A stretch of 64,000 nucleotides of DNA. Source: an uncultured Acetobacteraceae bacterium. Its GTDB lineage: Bacteria; Pseudomonadota; Gammaproteobacteria; Steroidobacterales; Steroidobacteraceae. Both the position numbers and the translations under genes were made by a program. Positions 9,964 through 18,799 of the stretch are shown here, piece by piece. Location of the stretch: positions 5,914 through 69,913 of the forward strand of contig CAZZXZ010000003.1 of assembly GCA_964658135.1 (NCBI GenBank). The letters are read 5' to 3'. The notes beneath the pieces were generated by a model. That model had not been told where the DNA came from, searched no databases, and worked only from the letters and a program-made list of their open reading frames with translations. Numbering within the stretch: the first letter of the stretch is position 1; the number at the start of each line of letters is the position of its first letter.

Positions 9964-10962
9964 GTGTACCTACCGCGGATCATCGTGACGTCTGGCGAAC
10001 CGGCGGGCATCGGACCGGATGCGTGCGTGGTGTTGGCCCAGGAGAATTGGGCGGCGGACCTCGTGGTGGCCGCCGATGCGTCGTTGCTCGCCTCGACGGC
10101 TAGCGCGCTCGGGCTGCCGTTGCGCCTGGTGGCGTACGACCCCTCGAAATCCGGCGCGGCCCACTCGGCAGGGACGTTGACCGTGCTGCACGTGCCGGCC
10201 GAGCCCGTGACCGCGGGCATCCTGGATATCCGCAATGCCGCCTACGTCATCAAGATGCTGAATCGGGCGAGCGACGGCTGCATGAACGGCGAATTCGCCG
10301 CCATGGTGACCGCGCCGGTACAGAAGAGCACGCTCTTGGATGCGGGTTTCGTTTTTTCCGGGCATACCGAATATCTGGCGCAGCGAACCCGCGCCGCGCT
10401 GCCCGTCATGCTGTTGTTGAGCGGCGAATTGCGCGTCGCGCTCGTCACCACGCACCTGGCGCTGGCCGACGTGCCGCGAGCCATCACGCCCGAGCGCTTG
10501 CTCGCCACGTTGCGCATCGTGCATACCGACCTGGAACGACATTTCAATTTGGCGAATCCGCGCATCTCGGTGCTCGGTCTCAACCCGCATGCCGGCGAAG
10601 CCGGGCATTTGGGGCGCGAAGAGATCGAGGTCATCGCACCCGTGCTCGAACGGTTGCGCGGCGAAGGCATGAACCTGCGCGGCCCTCTGCCGGCCGACAC
10701 CGCCTTCGCGCCGCAATTCCTCGCCGACGCCGACGTGGTGGTCGCCATGTATCACGACCAAGGCTTGCCGGTCATCAAACACGTGGGCTTCGGCAACGCA
10801 GTGAACGTCACCCTTGGGCTGCCCATCTTGCGCACCAGCGTCGATCACGGCACGGCATTGTCCCTGGCACGCACCGGCAAAGCCGATGTGGGCAGCCTGC
10901 GCGCGGCTTTGCGCCTCGCGGTAACCCTGGCGAGCGGCGCTACCCAGCGTGCAGGTACGTAA
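9964..10962 (+). CDS. pdxA: 4-hydroxythreonine-4-phosphate dehydrogenase
   Basis: IIVTSGEPAGIGPD, GHTEYLA and LNPHAGE..G..G.EE motifs. GTG 9964 lies just after the surA stop. Confidence 0.9.
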   Translation: MYLPRIIVTSGEPAGIGPDACVVLAQENWAADLVVAADASLLASTASALGLPLRLVAYDPSKSGAAHSAGTLTVLHVPAEPVTAGILDIRNAAYVIKMLNRASDGCMNGEFAAMVTAPVQKSTLLDAGFVFSGHTEYLAQRTRAALPVMLLLSGELRVALVTTHLALADVPRAITPERLLATLRIVHTDLERHFNLANPRISVLGLNPHAGEAGHLGREEIEVIAPVLERLRGEGMNLRGPLPADTAFAPQFLADADVVVAMYHDQGLPVIKHVGFGNAVNVTLGLPILRTSVDHGTALSLARTGKADVGSLRAALRLAVTLASGATQRAGT

Positions 10963-11749
10963 GCGTTTCGGTCAGCATTTTCTGCACGAGGGCGGCGTCA
11001 TCCGTCGCATCGTCGATGCCATCGCTCCGGTGCCCGGCGAACGTCTCGTCGAAGTGGGCCCGGGGCGGGGCGCGCTGACTTGGAGCCTGTTGGCGCGCGC
11101 GGGGCACATGGATGCCATCGAAATCGATCGCGACCTTGCGGCGGCCCTGGAACTCGACGCGCGCGCGGCGGGTCATCTGACCGTGCACATCGAGAACGTC
11201 CTGCAAACCGACTTCGCGGCGCTGCGCGGCGCCGGCGCTCCGCTGCGCATCGTCGGCAACCTACCCTACAACATCTCGACGCCGCTGTTGTTCCGGCTGC
11301 TGCAACAGCGCGCCGCCATCGGCGACATGCACTTCATGCTGCAGAAAGAAGTGGTGGATCGCATGGCAGCCGCGCCGGGTGGAAAGGAGTACGGGCGGTT
11401 GACCGTGATGATCGCCGCTTATGCCGAGGTGCAAGCCCTGTTCGATGTCGGGCCCGGAGCCTTCACGCCCAAGCCCAAGGTATGGTCCGCCATCGTACGG
11501 CTGCGCCCCACCCTGCAACCGCGCTTCGCCATCGGCAGCGACGGCGCGCTGCGCGCGTTGGTGAGCGCGGCCTTTTCGCATCGACGCAAGACACTGCGCA
11601 ATGGCCTGAAAACCCTGCTCACGGGGGCCGATATCGAAGCCTGCGGCATCGATCCGCAGCTGCGTCCGGAGGTATTGTCGCCGGCGCAATTCGGTCTGCT
11701 GGCTTCGCGTTATGATCAGCGCACGCACTCCGTTATACTGGAAGCCTAA
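10949..11749 (+). CDS. rsmA: 16S rRNA (adenine1518/1519-N6)-dimethyltransferase
   Basis: KRFGQHFLHEGGVIRRIV, VEVGPGRGALT and GNLPYNISTPLLF motifs. GTG start overlaps the pdxA end by 14 nt. Confidence 0.92.
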   Translation: MQVRKRFGQHFLHEGGVIRRIVDAIAPVPGERLVEVGPGRGALTWSLLARAGHMDAIEIDRDLAAALELDARAAGHLTVHIENVLQTDFAALRGAGAPLRIVGNLPYNISTPLLFRLLQQRAAIGDMHFMLQKEVVDRMAAAPGGKEYGRLTVMIAAYAEVQALFDVGPGAFTPKPKVWSAIVRLRPTLQPRFAIGSDGALRALVSAAFSHRRKTLRNGLKTLLTGADIEACGIDPQLRPEVLSPAQFGLLASRYDQRTHSVILEA

Positions 11750-12181
11750 ATGGCCGGTTATGAAAAACTGTTGGTGCTGTTGGATCTGTCGGACGACAGC
11801 GAACAGATCGTCGTCGCGGCACGCAATCTGGCCGCCTATTCGAATGCCGCCATCGTCGTGCTCCACGTGGTCGAGTTCGTTCCGGTCGAACCGATGGGCG
11901 AATCGCTCATGGCCACGGTGCAGATCGAAGACGACTTGGTGCGCCGCGCACGCGAGAAATTGACCGCGCTGGCGGCGCGCCTCGGACTCGGTGCGGCCAA
12001 CCTGCGCGTCGAAGTCGGCAACACCAAAACCGAGATCTTGCGCGTGGCTGGAGATGAGCATGCGGATCTAATCGTGGTGGGCAGCCGCGAGCGCCACGGT
12101 CTCGCGATTCTGGTGAATTTCACGGAGGATAGGGTTTTGCACGCCGCGCATTGCGACGTGCTGGCAATCCGCTTAAGGTAG
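11750..12181 (+). CDS. Universal stress protein (UspA family)
   Basis: 143 aa: [16 protein letters not shown]...LHVVE...[13 protein letters not shown]. The ATG abuts the rsmA TAA with no spacer. Confidence 0.75.
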   Translation: MAGYEKLLVLLDLSDDSEQIVVAARNLAAYSNAAIVVLHVVEFVPVEPMGESLMATVQIEDDLVRRAREKLTALAARLGLGAANLRVEVGNTKTEILRVAGDEHADLIVVGSRERHGLAILVNFTEDRVLHAAHCDVLAIRLR

Positions 12182-12188
12182 CGGTTGC

Positions 12189-12578
12189 ATGGAGACACCC
12201 GAGCTGCCGTCTTTGTCTATTCGCGTCGACGTCGAGACGTCTTACGTCGAGGAACAGTCGGACCCCCGCGACAAGCGTTTCGTGTTTTCGTACACCATCA
12301 CCATTCGCAACGAGGGACAGGTACCGGCGCGCTTGTTGACCCGGCATTGGATCATCACGGACGCCAACGGCAACGTCAAAGAAACGCGCGGCGACGGCGT
12401 GGTGGGCGAACAGCCGTACTTGAAACCAGGCCAGGGATTCCGTTACTCGAGCGGCGCCGTGATAGAAACGCCGGTCGGCACCATGCAAGGAAGTTATCAG
12501 ATGATGGCCGACAACGGCCAACAGTTCGATGCGCCCATCGCACCCTTCCGGCTGGCAATGCCGGGAGTCTTGCACTGA
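12189..12578 (+). CDS. apaG: ApaG (DUF525) protein
   Basis: [31 protein letters not shown]...[20 protein letters not shown]. Confidence 0.9.
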   Translation: METPELPSLSIRVDVETSYVEEQSDPRDKRFVFSYTITIRNEGQVPARLLTRHWIITDANGNVKETRGDGVVGEQPYLKPGQGFRYSSGAVIETPVGTMQGSYQMMADNGQQFDAPIAPFRLAMPGVLH

Positions 12579-12590
12579 CCCGGGCCGTCC

Positions 12591-13418
12591 ATGGCGTTGT
12601 ATGCCGTCGGGGACATTCAAGGCTGTGACGCCGAACTCGGCGCGCTGTTGAAGGCGCTGAAATTCTCCGTCGATCGGGACCGCATATGGTTCGTCGGCGA
12701 TCTGGTCAATCGCGGACCCGAGTCCCTGCAGACCCTGCGTCGAATCCGCGCCTTGGGCGATGCCGCTACCGTCACGCTCGGTAATCACGATTTGCACCTT
12801 TTGGCCGTTGCGTTCGGCTTTGCCAAGCTGCGCAGCGACGACACGCTAGACTCCATCTTGGAAGCGCCGGATCGCAACGTATTGCTGGAATGGTTGCTCC
12901 GCAAGCCGCTGCTCCACGAGGACCCCGAACTCAACCTGTGCTTGATTCACGCCGGCCTGCCTCCGCAATGGGATATGCCCACTGCCCGCGGCTGTGCCCG
13001 GGAGTTCGAACAGGCCTTGCGACGCGACCCCCGGCGCCTGTTCGAAGGACTCTACGGCGACGAACCGGATCGCTGGAGCGAGGCGCTGTCGGGTGCGGGT
13101 CGGCTGCGTTTCATCGCCAATTGCTTCACGCGGTTGCGTTACGTCGACGGCGACGGACGGCTGGCGTTGCGCGCGAAAGGCGCGCCGAAAAAGGGTCAGG
13201 CCAAATCGTTGGTGCCTTGGTTCGATGCGCCGCACGCTCGGTGGCACGGCCAGCGCGTGGTGTTCGGGCATTGGTCCACGCTAGGTTTTTTCTCCAACTC
13301 CGATGTCACCAGCCTCGACACCGGTTGCGTGTGGGGCGGTCGACTCACGGCGCTGCGGCTCGACACCTCGGACGCACTCCCGGTTCACGTCGGTTGCCGC
13401 AGCTACAGCGTGCCTTAG
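12591..13418 (+). CDS. apaH: Bis(5'-nucleosyl)-tetraphosphatase, symmetrical
   Basis: Metallophosphoesterase motifs GDIQGC, GDLVNRGP, GNHDLH and VFGHW. Downstream of apaG. Confidence 0.92.
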   Translation: MALYAVGDIQGCDAELGALLKALKFSVDRDRIWFVGDLVNRGPESLQTLRRIRALGDAATVTLGNHDLHLLAVAFGFAKLRSDDTLDSILEAPDRNVLLEWLLRKPLLHEDPELNLCLIHAGLPPQWDMPTARGCAREFEQALRRDPRRLFEGLYGDEPDRWSEALSGAGRLRFIANCFTRLRYVDGDGRLALRAKGAPKKGQAKSLVPWFDAPHARWHGQRVVFGHWSTLGFFSNSDVTSLDTGCVWGGRLTALRLDTSDALPVHVGCRSYSVP

Positions 13419-13442
13419 CCGCATGGGTAGCACCGGAGCCAC

Positions 13443-13958
13443 ATGAATATCTCGGCGCCTTTCAATCTGCGCTCCTGGATCGAGCGGAACCGCTCGCAGC
13501 TCGTGCCGCCCGTCGGCAATAAACTGCTGTTTCAGGATGGCGAGTTCATCATCATGGCGGTCGGCGGACCGAACTCGCGCAAAGATTTCCACCATGATCC
13601 CGGCGAAGAATTCTTCTTTCAATTGGAAGGCGACATCGTGCTGCGCGTGGTTCAAGACGGCATCATCACCGACCTGCCCATACGCGAAGGCGATGTCTTA
13701 CTGCTGCCGGCAGAAGTGCCCCATTCGCCGCAGCGCCCCGCGGGCAGCGTCGGCATCGTGGTCGAGCGGCGGCGGCGCCCCAACGAGTTGGACGGCTTCT
13801 CCTGGTATTGCGAGCACTGCGGCCAGCGTCTGTACCTCGAGCGTATCGCCGTCAGCAACATCGAGACGCAGTTGCCGGCGGTGTTCGCGCGGTTTTTTGG
13901 CGATGTCGCACACCGCACCTGCGGGCGCTGCGGCACGGTGATGGCGGCGCCCCACTGA
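13443..13958 (+). CDS. nbaC: 3-hydroxyanthranilate 3,4-dioxygenase
   Basis: Cupin core DFHHDPGEEFFFQLEGD...LLPAEVPHSPQRP plus the C-terminal CxxC...CxxC pair (CEHCG...CGRCG). Confidence 0.88.
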   Translation: MNISAPFNLRSWIERNRSQLVPPVGNKLLFQDGEFIIMAVGGPNSRKDFHHDPGEEFFFQLEGDIVLRVVQDGIITDLPIREGDVLLLPAEVPHSPQRPAGSVGIVVERRRRPNELDGFSWYCEHCGQRLYLERIAVSNIETQLPAVFARFFGDVAHRTCGRCGTVMAAPH

Positions 13959-15235
13959 AACATCCCGCAGTCAACGCCGCGCTTGCGCTCGAGTACGATG
14001 CGCACGATCCGCTCGCGGGTTTCGCCGCCGAATTTCATCATCCTGTCGATGCCGCCGGCCGCCGATTGACCTATTTGGCTGGGCATTCACTGGGCCTGTC
14101 GCCCAAATCGACGGCGAGCTACGTGGCGCAGGAACTGGCCGATTGGCAGCGCCTCGGCGTGCTCGGTCATCACGTGGCGGCCCGCCCGTGGATCGGCTAT
14201 CACGAAGCGCTCGCCGCGCCGCTCGCGAAGCTGGTCGGCGCCGATGCGACGGAGGTCGTCGCCATGAATTCGCTGACCGTGAACCTGCATTTGATGATGG
14301 TCAGTTTTTTTAGACCCGACGGTGAACGAAACTGCGTATTGATCGAAAAATCCGCATTCCCGTCGGATCGCTATGCCGTCGTGTCGCAACTCGAGTGGCA
14401 TGGCCTCGCGCCGGTACGGCACTTGATCGAAGTGGAACCGCGCCCCGGGGAGCGCTGTTTGCGCACCGAGGATCTGCTCGCGACGCTGGAGCGCCACGGT
14501 ACCCGCCTCGCCCTGGTGTTGCTGCCGGGGGTGCAGTATTTGACCGGTCAGCGCCTGGATCTCGCGGCCCTCATCGGCGCGGCCCGCGGTGTCGGCGCAT
14601 GCGTCGGGGTGGATCTGGCGCACGCGATCGGCAACACGCCGCTGCAGCTGCACGATTGGAATGCCGACTTCGCCGTGTGGTGCAGCTACAAGTATTTGAA
14701 CGCGGGACCGGGCGCGATCGGCGGCTGTTTCGTGCATGGACGTCACGGCACGCAGGCAGCGTTGCCGCGTTTCGCCGGTTGGTGGGGTCAGCGCAAATCG
14801 ACCCGGTTCGAGATGGGACCTGAATTCGTACCCATTGAGGGCGCCGAAGGCTGGCAGCTCAGCAACCCGCCCATCTTCTCCACGGCTCCTTTGCTCGCTT
14901 CGCTGGAGATTTTCGGGCGCGCCGACATGACGCGCCTGCGTGAAAAGTCGCTGCGTTTGACCGGATTTCTTCGCCAGGCCGTCGAGTCGCTGCTGGACGA
15001 ACGGGTCGAGATCATCACGCCCGCGGAGCCTGCTCAAAGCGGTTGTCAATTGAGTTTGCGGATCGACTTGCCACCCGCCGAGGCGAGACGCTGCCACGAC
15101 CGCTTGAGCGCCGACGGCGTGATCGGCGATTGGCGCGAGCCGGACATCCTGCGTCTGGCGCCTACCCCGCTCTATAATTCGTTCGGCAACGTCTTTGCTG
15201 CCGCCGACAGCTTACGCAGGGCGATCCGCCCATGA
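13955..15235 (+). CDS. kynU: Kynureninase (start uncertain)
   Basis: LDAHDPLAGFAAEF...YLAGHSLGLSP...WCSYKYLNAGPG is the kynureninase pattern. The only in-frame ATG/GTG/TTG upstream of these residues is TTG 13808, 151 nt inside nbaC. The homology-consistent N-terminus begins at CTG 13955, which overlaps the nbaC stop (CTGA). Confidence 0.85.
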   Translation: MKHPAVNAALALEYDAHDPLAGFAAEFHHPVDAAGRRLTYLAGHSLGLSPKSTASYVAQELADWQRLGVLGHHVAARPWIGYHEALAAPLAKLVGADATEVVAMNSLTVNLHLMMVSFFRPDGERNCVLIEKSAFPSDRYAVVSQLEWHGLAPVRHLIEVEPRPGERCLRTEDLLATLERHGTRLALVLLPGVQYLTGQRLDLAALIGAARGVGACVGVDLAHAIGNTPLQLHDWNADFAVWCSYKYLNAGPGAIGGCFVHGRHGTQAALPRFAGWWGQRKSTRFEMGPEFVPIEGAEGWQLSNPPIFSTAPLLASLEIFGRADMTRLREKSLRLTGFLRQAVESLLDERVEIITPAEPAQSGCQLSLRIDLPPAEARRCHDRLSADGVIGDWREPDILRLAPTPLYNSFGNVFAAADSLRRAIRP

Positions 15236-16602
15236 GTTCGATGGCCATCATCGGAGCCGGCCCCACGGGCGCGCTGCTCGCCATCTTTTTGCGACAGCGC
15301 GGCCTCGACGTCACGGTGTACGAGAGTCGCCAGGATCCAACATCGGGGTCCGGCGAATCCGGCCGATCGATCAATCTGGCGCTGGCGGACCGCGGCATTC
15401 ATGCGTTGAAACTCGCGGGGGTGTTCGACCACGTTGCCGCAACGTTGGTACCCATGCGTGGAAGACTCATTCACCAACCGGGAGGCGGTGAATCGCTGGC
15501 TCTCTACGGTCAACAGCCGAGCGAAGTCATCTACTCCATTTCCAGGCACCTGCTCAATCGCGTGTTGCTCGGCGTGGCACGGGACCGGTACGGCGTCGAG
15601 GTCCGCTTCGAACATCGCATCGAAGCGGCCGATTTCGAGCAGCGCACCCTGGAACTACGCGACGTACGCGCGCAACGCACCTACACCCTGCCGATGGATC
15701 ACGTGCTGGCCACCGATGGCGCGGGCTCGGTGCTGCGCCGCCACATGCAGGCGGCCGGACTGATCGACGTCGTCGAGGCCGATCTCGAACACGGCTACAA
15801 GGAATTGTCGATTCCTGCGGATGCGCGAGGAGGCTACCGCCTGGCGCATGACGTGCTGCATGTCTGGCCACGCGGCAATTTCATGTTGATCGCGCTGCCC
15901 AATACGGACGGCAGTTTCACGGCCACGCTGTTCTTGGCCAAGCAGGGCCGTGTCAGTTTCGCGTCTCTCGCATCGCCGGCGGCCGTCGCAGAATTTTTCG
16001 CGGCGAATTTCGCGGATGTCTACGGCTCGATGCCGGATTGCAGCACCGAGTTTCAACGACATCCCACGGGCTCTCTCGGTACCGTGTATGCGACGCCCTG
16101 GCATGTTGAGGATATGGCAACCTTGGTGGGCGATTCTGCGCACGCCATCGTGCCGTTCCATGGACAGGGTATGAATTGCTGCTTCGAGGACTGCGTCGAA
16201 TTCGCACGCTGCGTGGACCGCAACTCGGCAGGATGGCGGTCGGTATTCGCTGAGTTCTATGCAGCCCGCAAACCGAACGCGGATGCCATCGCAGCCATGG
16301 CGCTGGAGAACTATCTGGAGATGCGCGAACGCGTGATCGATCCCAAATTTCAACTGCAGCAGGCGCTCGCGTTGGAATTGGAACGGCGTCACCCGCGGCG
16401 CTTCATCCCGCGCTACTCCATGGTGATGTTCCACCATGAGATCGACTATCGCACGGCACGCGAACGCGGCTCGATACAGACCCAGCTGCTCGCGGAGCTT
16501 ACCGACCGCGCCACGACCTTGGCCGATGTCGATTATTCACGCGCGGCGCACGAAATCGAGCTCAAACTGCCGCCGCTGGAGGCTGCGTCCGCTCCAGGGT
16601 GA
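15232..16602 (+). CDS. kmo: Kynurenine 3-monooxygenase (FAD-dependent)
   Basis: IIGAGPTGALLAIFL dinucleotide fold. VGDSAHAIVPFHGQGMNCCFED is typical of KMO. The ATG overlaps the kynU stop (ATGA). Confidence 0.88.
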   Translation: MSSMAIIGAGPTGALLAIFLRQRGLDVTVYESRQDPTSGSGESGRSINLALADRGIHALKLAGVFDHVAATLVPMRGRLIHQPGGGESLALYGQQPSEVIYSISRHLLNRVLLGVARDRYGVEVRFEHRIEAADFEQRTLELRDVRAQRTYTLPMDHVLATDGAGSVLRRHMQAAGLIDVVEADLEHGYKELSIPADARGGYRLAHDVLHVWPRGNFMLIALPNTDGSFTATLFLAKQGRVSFASLASPAAVAEFFAANFADVYGSMPDCSTEFQRHPTGSLGTVYATPWHVEDMATLVGDSAHAIVPFHGQGMNCCFEDCVEFARCVDRNSAGWRSVFAEFYAARKPNADAIAAMALENYLEMRERVIDPKFQLQQALALELERRHPRRFIPRYSMVMFHHEIDYRTARERGSIQTQLLAELTDRATTLADVDYSRAAHEIELKLPPLEAASAPG

Positions 16603-17128
16603 CGAAACTGTAAGCCGCCGTATTCTTGTCGTCGGCAGCATGATGTTCCCGAAACGTCTCGCGCCACCCAGGATCGCGCCAGCCGGAAAAAAATGTATCG
16701 CCGTCCGGTACCACCGTGTGAACCACCGTCAGATGCATGCGGCGGGTCGAGGGCAGGCACTGTCGATAGATCTCCGCCCCGCCCACGACCAGGATCACCT
16801 CAGCGGCATCCACGGCAGCGTGTGCCGCGCCAAGCGTACGGACCACCGAACAATCGCCCGGATTGAACGCGTCGGATCGCGTGAGTACCAGAGTGGTACG
16901 TCCTGGAAGCGACTTACCGATGGAGTCGTAGGTCCTTCGCCCCATCAGAATGGTTCTACCCAACGTCAGCGCCTTGAACCGGCGCAAATCGGCGGATAGA
17001 TGCCACGGCAGCCGATTACCGCGTCCGATGACGTCGTTTTCAGCAACCGCTACTACGATTTCGAAGGCGGCTGAATCTACAGCCGCCTCGCCGCGTACCT
17101 CGCCCGCCGGCCCGTCTTGCCCTGCCAT
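16562..17128 (-). CDS. folA: Dihydrofolate reductase
   Basis: VAVAENDVIGRGNRLPWHLSADLRRFKALTLGRTILMGRRTYDSIG. It has an N-terminal extension of about 20 aa relative to E. coli FolA. Confidence 0.9.
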   Translation of the reverse strand: MAGQDGPAGEVRGEAAVDSAAFEIVVAVAENDVIGRGNRLPWHLSADLRRFKALTLGRTILMGRRTYDSIGKSLPGRTTLVLTRSDAFNPGDCSVVRTLGAAHAAVDAAEVILVVGGAEIYRQCLPSTRRMHLTVVHTVVPDGDTFFSGWRDPGWRETFREHHAADDKNTAAYSFVTLERTQPPAAAV

Positions 17129-17162
17129 GAGGCCTTATACGCCCCGGCAGCTCGCCCTACCA

Positions 17163-17182
17163 GCCGTCGCTCATTCGACGGC
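17163..17182 (-). terminator. Hairpin between the small secreted-protein gene and folA (possible attenuator/terminator)
   Basis: GCCGTCG-6 nt-CGACGGC, a 7-bp perfect stem. It has no trailing U-run, so it is weak as an intrinsic terminator. Confidence 0.2.
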
Positions 17183-17188
17183 ATCGTC

Positions 17189-17554
17189 TTAGAACGCGGA
17201 TGCGAACGTCGGACGCGAAACGTCCAAAGGCATGGATGCCATCTCGGTCACCGCGCCGTGCGAATCGACCGAGCACCGGGCGCGGGCAATGGCTGCACCG
17301 GTCTTCGGATCATGAGCTTCCAACGTGAAGGTGTAGTCCGCCGCGTAGAAGGTGGACAAGCCGCTCGATACGCTGCCGGTACCGCCGTGGTAGGCCAGCT
17401 TGAACGCCGGAGCGCTGGCGCCCGGTGCCGCGAGGCTCGTGACGAACGCGTGGGCGCAGGCTTTCAATGAAGCCTTTTCCGGAGACGCGCTGGAAATTGC
17501 GGGAGATAAAGCGGCGATGGTTGCGGCCGCGAGAAACATTTTACGGATGATCAT
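17189..17554 (-). CDS. Hypothetical secreted protein (121 aa, two Cys)
   Basis: Sec signal peptide MIIRKMFLAAATIAALSPAISSA. AAGGA lies before the ATG. I recognise no family. Confidence 0.55.
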   Translation of the reverse strand: MIIRKMFLAAATIAALSPAISSASPEKASLKACAHAFVTSLAAPGASAPAFKLAYHGGTGSVSSGLSTFYAADYTFTLEAHDPKTGAAIARARCSVDSHGAVTEMASMPLDVSRPTFASAF

Positions 17555-17684
17555 GGTGGTATTCCTTAAAAGTTAAAAAATACCAACGCCCCGGAACGCA
17601 AGATAATGTCCCGTCACCTCCCGGACAAACGAGAAAAAATTTCAACTCGACGATATTCGCTCATGTGTATGCCTTCGCCGACAA

Positions 17685-18566
17685 TCATGCGACGCGACAA
17701 CTGTTCAATATCCATTGGGTCAGCTCTTGCAGGTCTTCGCGTGCCTTATCTTCGGGTCGATGTAATAGGACGTAGTTCTCATTCGTCGTTAATTCTGCCT
17801 CGAATAGTTTCACCAAGCCCCCCGCCACGAATCGGTCCGCGCTCAATCGGGAGGGCACCAGGGCGACACCCACCCCCTGTTCGGCCGCCAGCACCACGGC
17901 CGACATGGTGTCGAGCCGCACCAAACGATTCGGTTTGATGGCTGCGATGCCCAAACCGAGCGCCCATCGTTCCCACGCGTCGCGGCGCTCCTCGTGCAAC
18001 AGCAGCGTCTTGCCATTCAGATCCGCGTACGTGTCGATCGGGTTTTCGAGCAAGAAATCCGGCGAGCACGCGGCGATGAAACTTTGCGCGAATAACTCGT
18101 GGACGGTCAGCCCGTCCCATGGACCGGTGCCGACGACGATCGACAGGTCGGCCTCGGGTGGATGGGTCTTGGGCGCGGCAAAAGTCGTCTCGATGCGGAT
18201 ATCCGTCTCTTCGCGTGCCTGCGAGAACGACGACAAACGCGGCAGCAGGAGCTCGTTCGCAAAGAAAGGCGGCACGTTCAGGCGGATGATGGTCCGGCCG
18301 TAGCGCACCTGCAGCTGCTCGGTGACCTTTTCGAGCTTGGCGAAGACATCGTTGATGTGTTCGAGGTAGTGCGCACCGGCATCGGTCAAGTTCAGCGTAC
18401 GCACGCCGCGCTCGAACAGCGCGACCCCCAACTGCTCCTCGAGTGCCTTGATCTGATGGCTGACCGCGGATGGCGTGACGAACAACTCTTCGGCGGCGGC
18501 TTTGAAGCTCTGCAGCTTCGCCGCGACCTGAAAAGTTTTGAGAAACTTGAGCGACGGCAAGCGCAT
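17685..18566 (-). CDS. LysR-family transcriptional regulator
   Basis: N-terminal wHTH (LKFLKTFQVAAKLQSFKAAAEELFVTPSAVSHQIKALEEQLG) plus a LysR substrate-binding domain. GcvA-like. Confidence 0.88.
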   Translation of the reverse strand: MRLPSLKFLKTFQVAAKLQSFKAAAEELFVTPSAVSHQIKALEEQLGVALFERGVRTLNLTDAGAHYLEHINDVFAKLEKVTEQLQVRYGRTIIRLNVPPFFANELLLPRLSSFSQAREETDIRIETTFAAPKTHPPEADLSIVVGTGPWDGLTVHELFAQSFIAACSPDFLLENPIDTYADLNGKTLLLHEERRDAWERWALGLGIAAIKPNRLVRLDTMSAVVLAAEQGVGVALVPSRLSADRFVAGGLVKLFEAELTTNENYVLLHRPEDKAREDLQELTQWILNSCRVA

Positions 18567-18625
18567 AGATTAAACCAGTGCCAAATTGAACAAGGGCATC
18601 AACACAACCGCGCCCTCACGGCAAC

Positions 18626-18651
18626 CATCGGAGATAATACACTATCCGATG
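18626..18651. promoter_or_regulatory. 26-bp inverted repeat in the LysR/COG0523 divergent intergenic region (candidate operator)
   Basis: CATCGGA-GATAATACACTA-TCCGATG has 7-bp perfect arms around an AT-rich core. It would fit a LysR T-N11-A-type site or a Zur-like box. Confidence 0.35.
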
Positions 18652-18799
18652 GAGGCAACATTCGTGCCAGAGGGGTAAACGCTGTAAAAACTGGCTATTG
18701 GGGGCAGGCTTCGAACTCGCTGCCACGTTCGCGGGCGTTTCGACTTCGACACGCACGAATCTAGCGCAAAATACTCTACACGATGATGACGACCATTCC

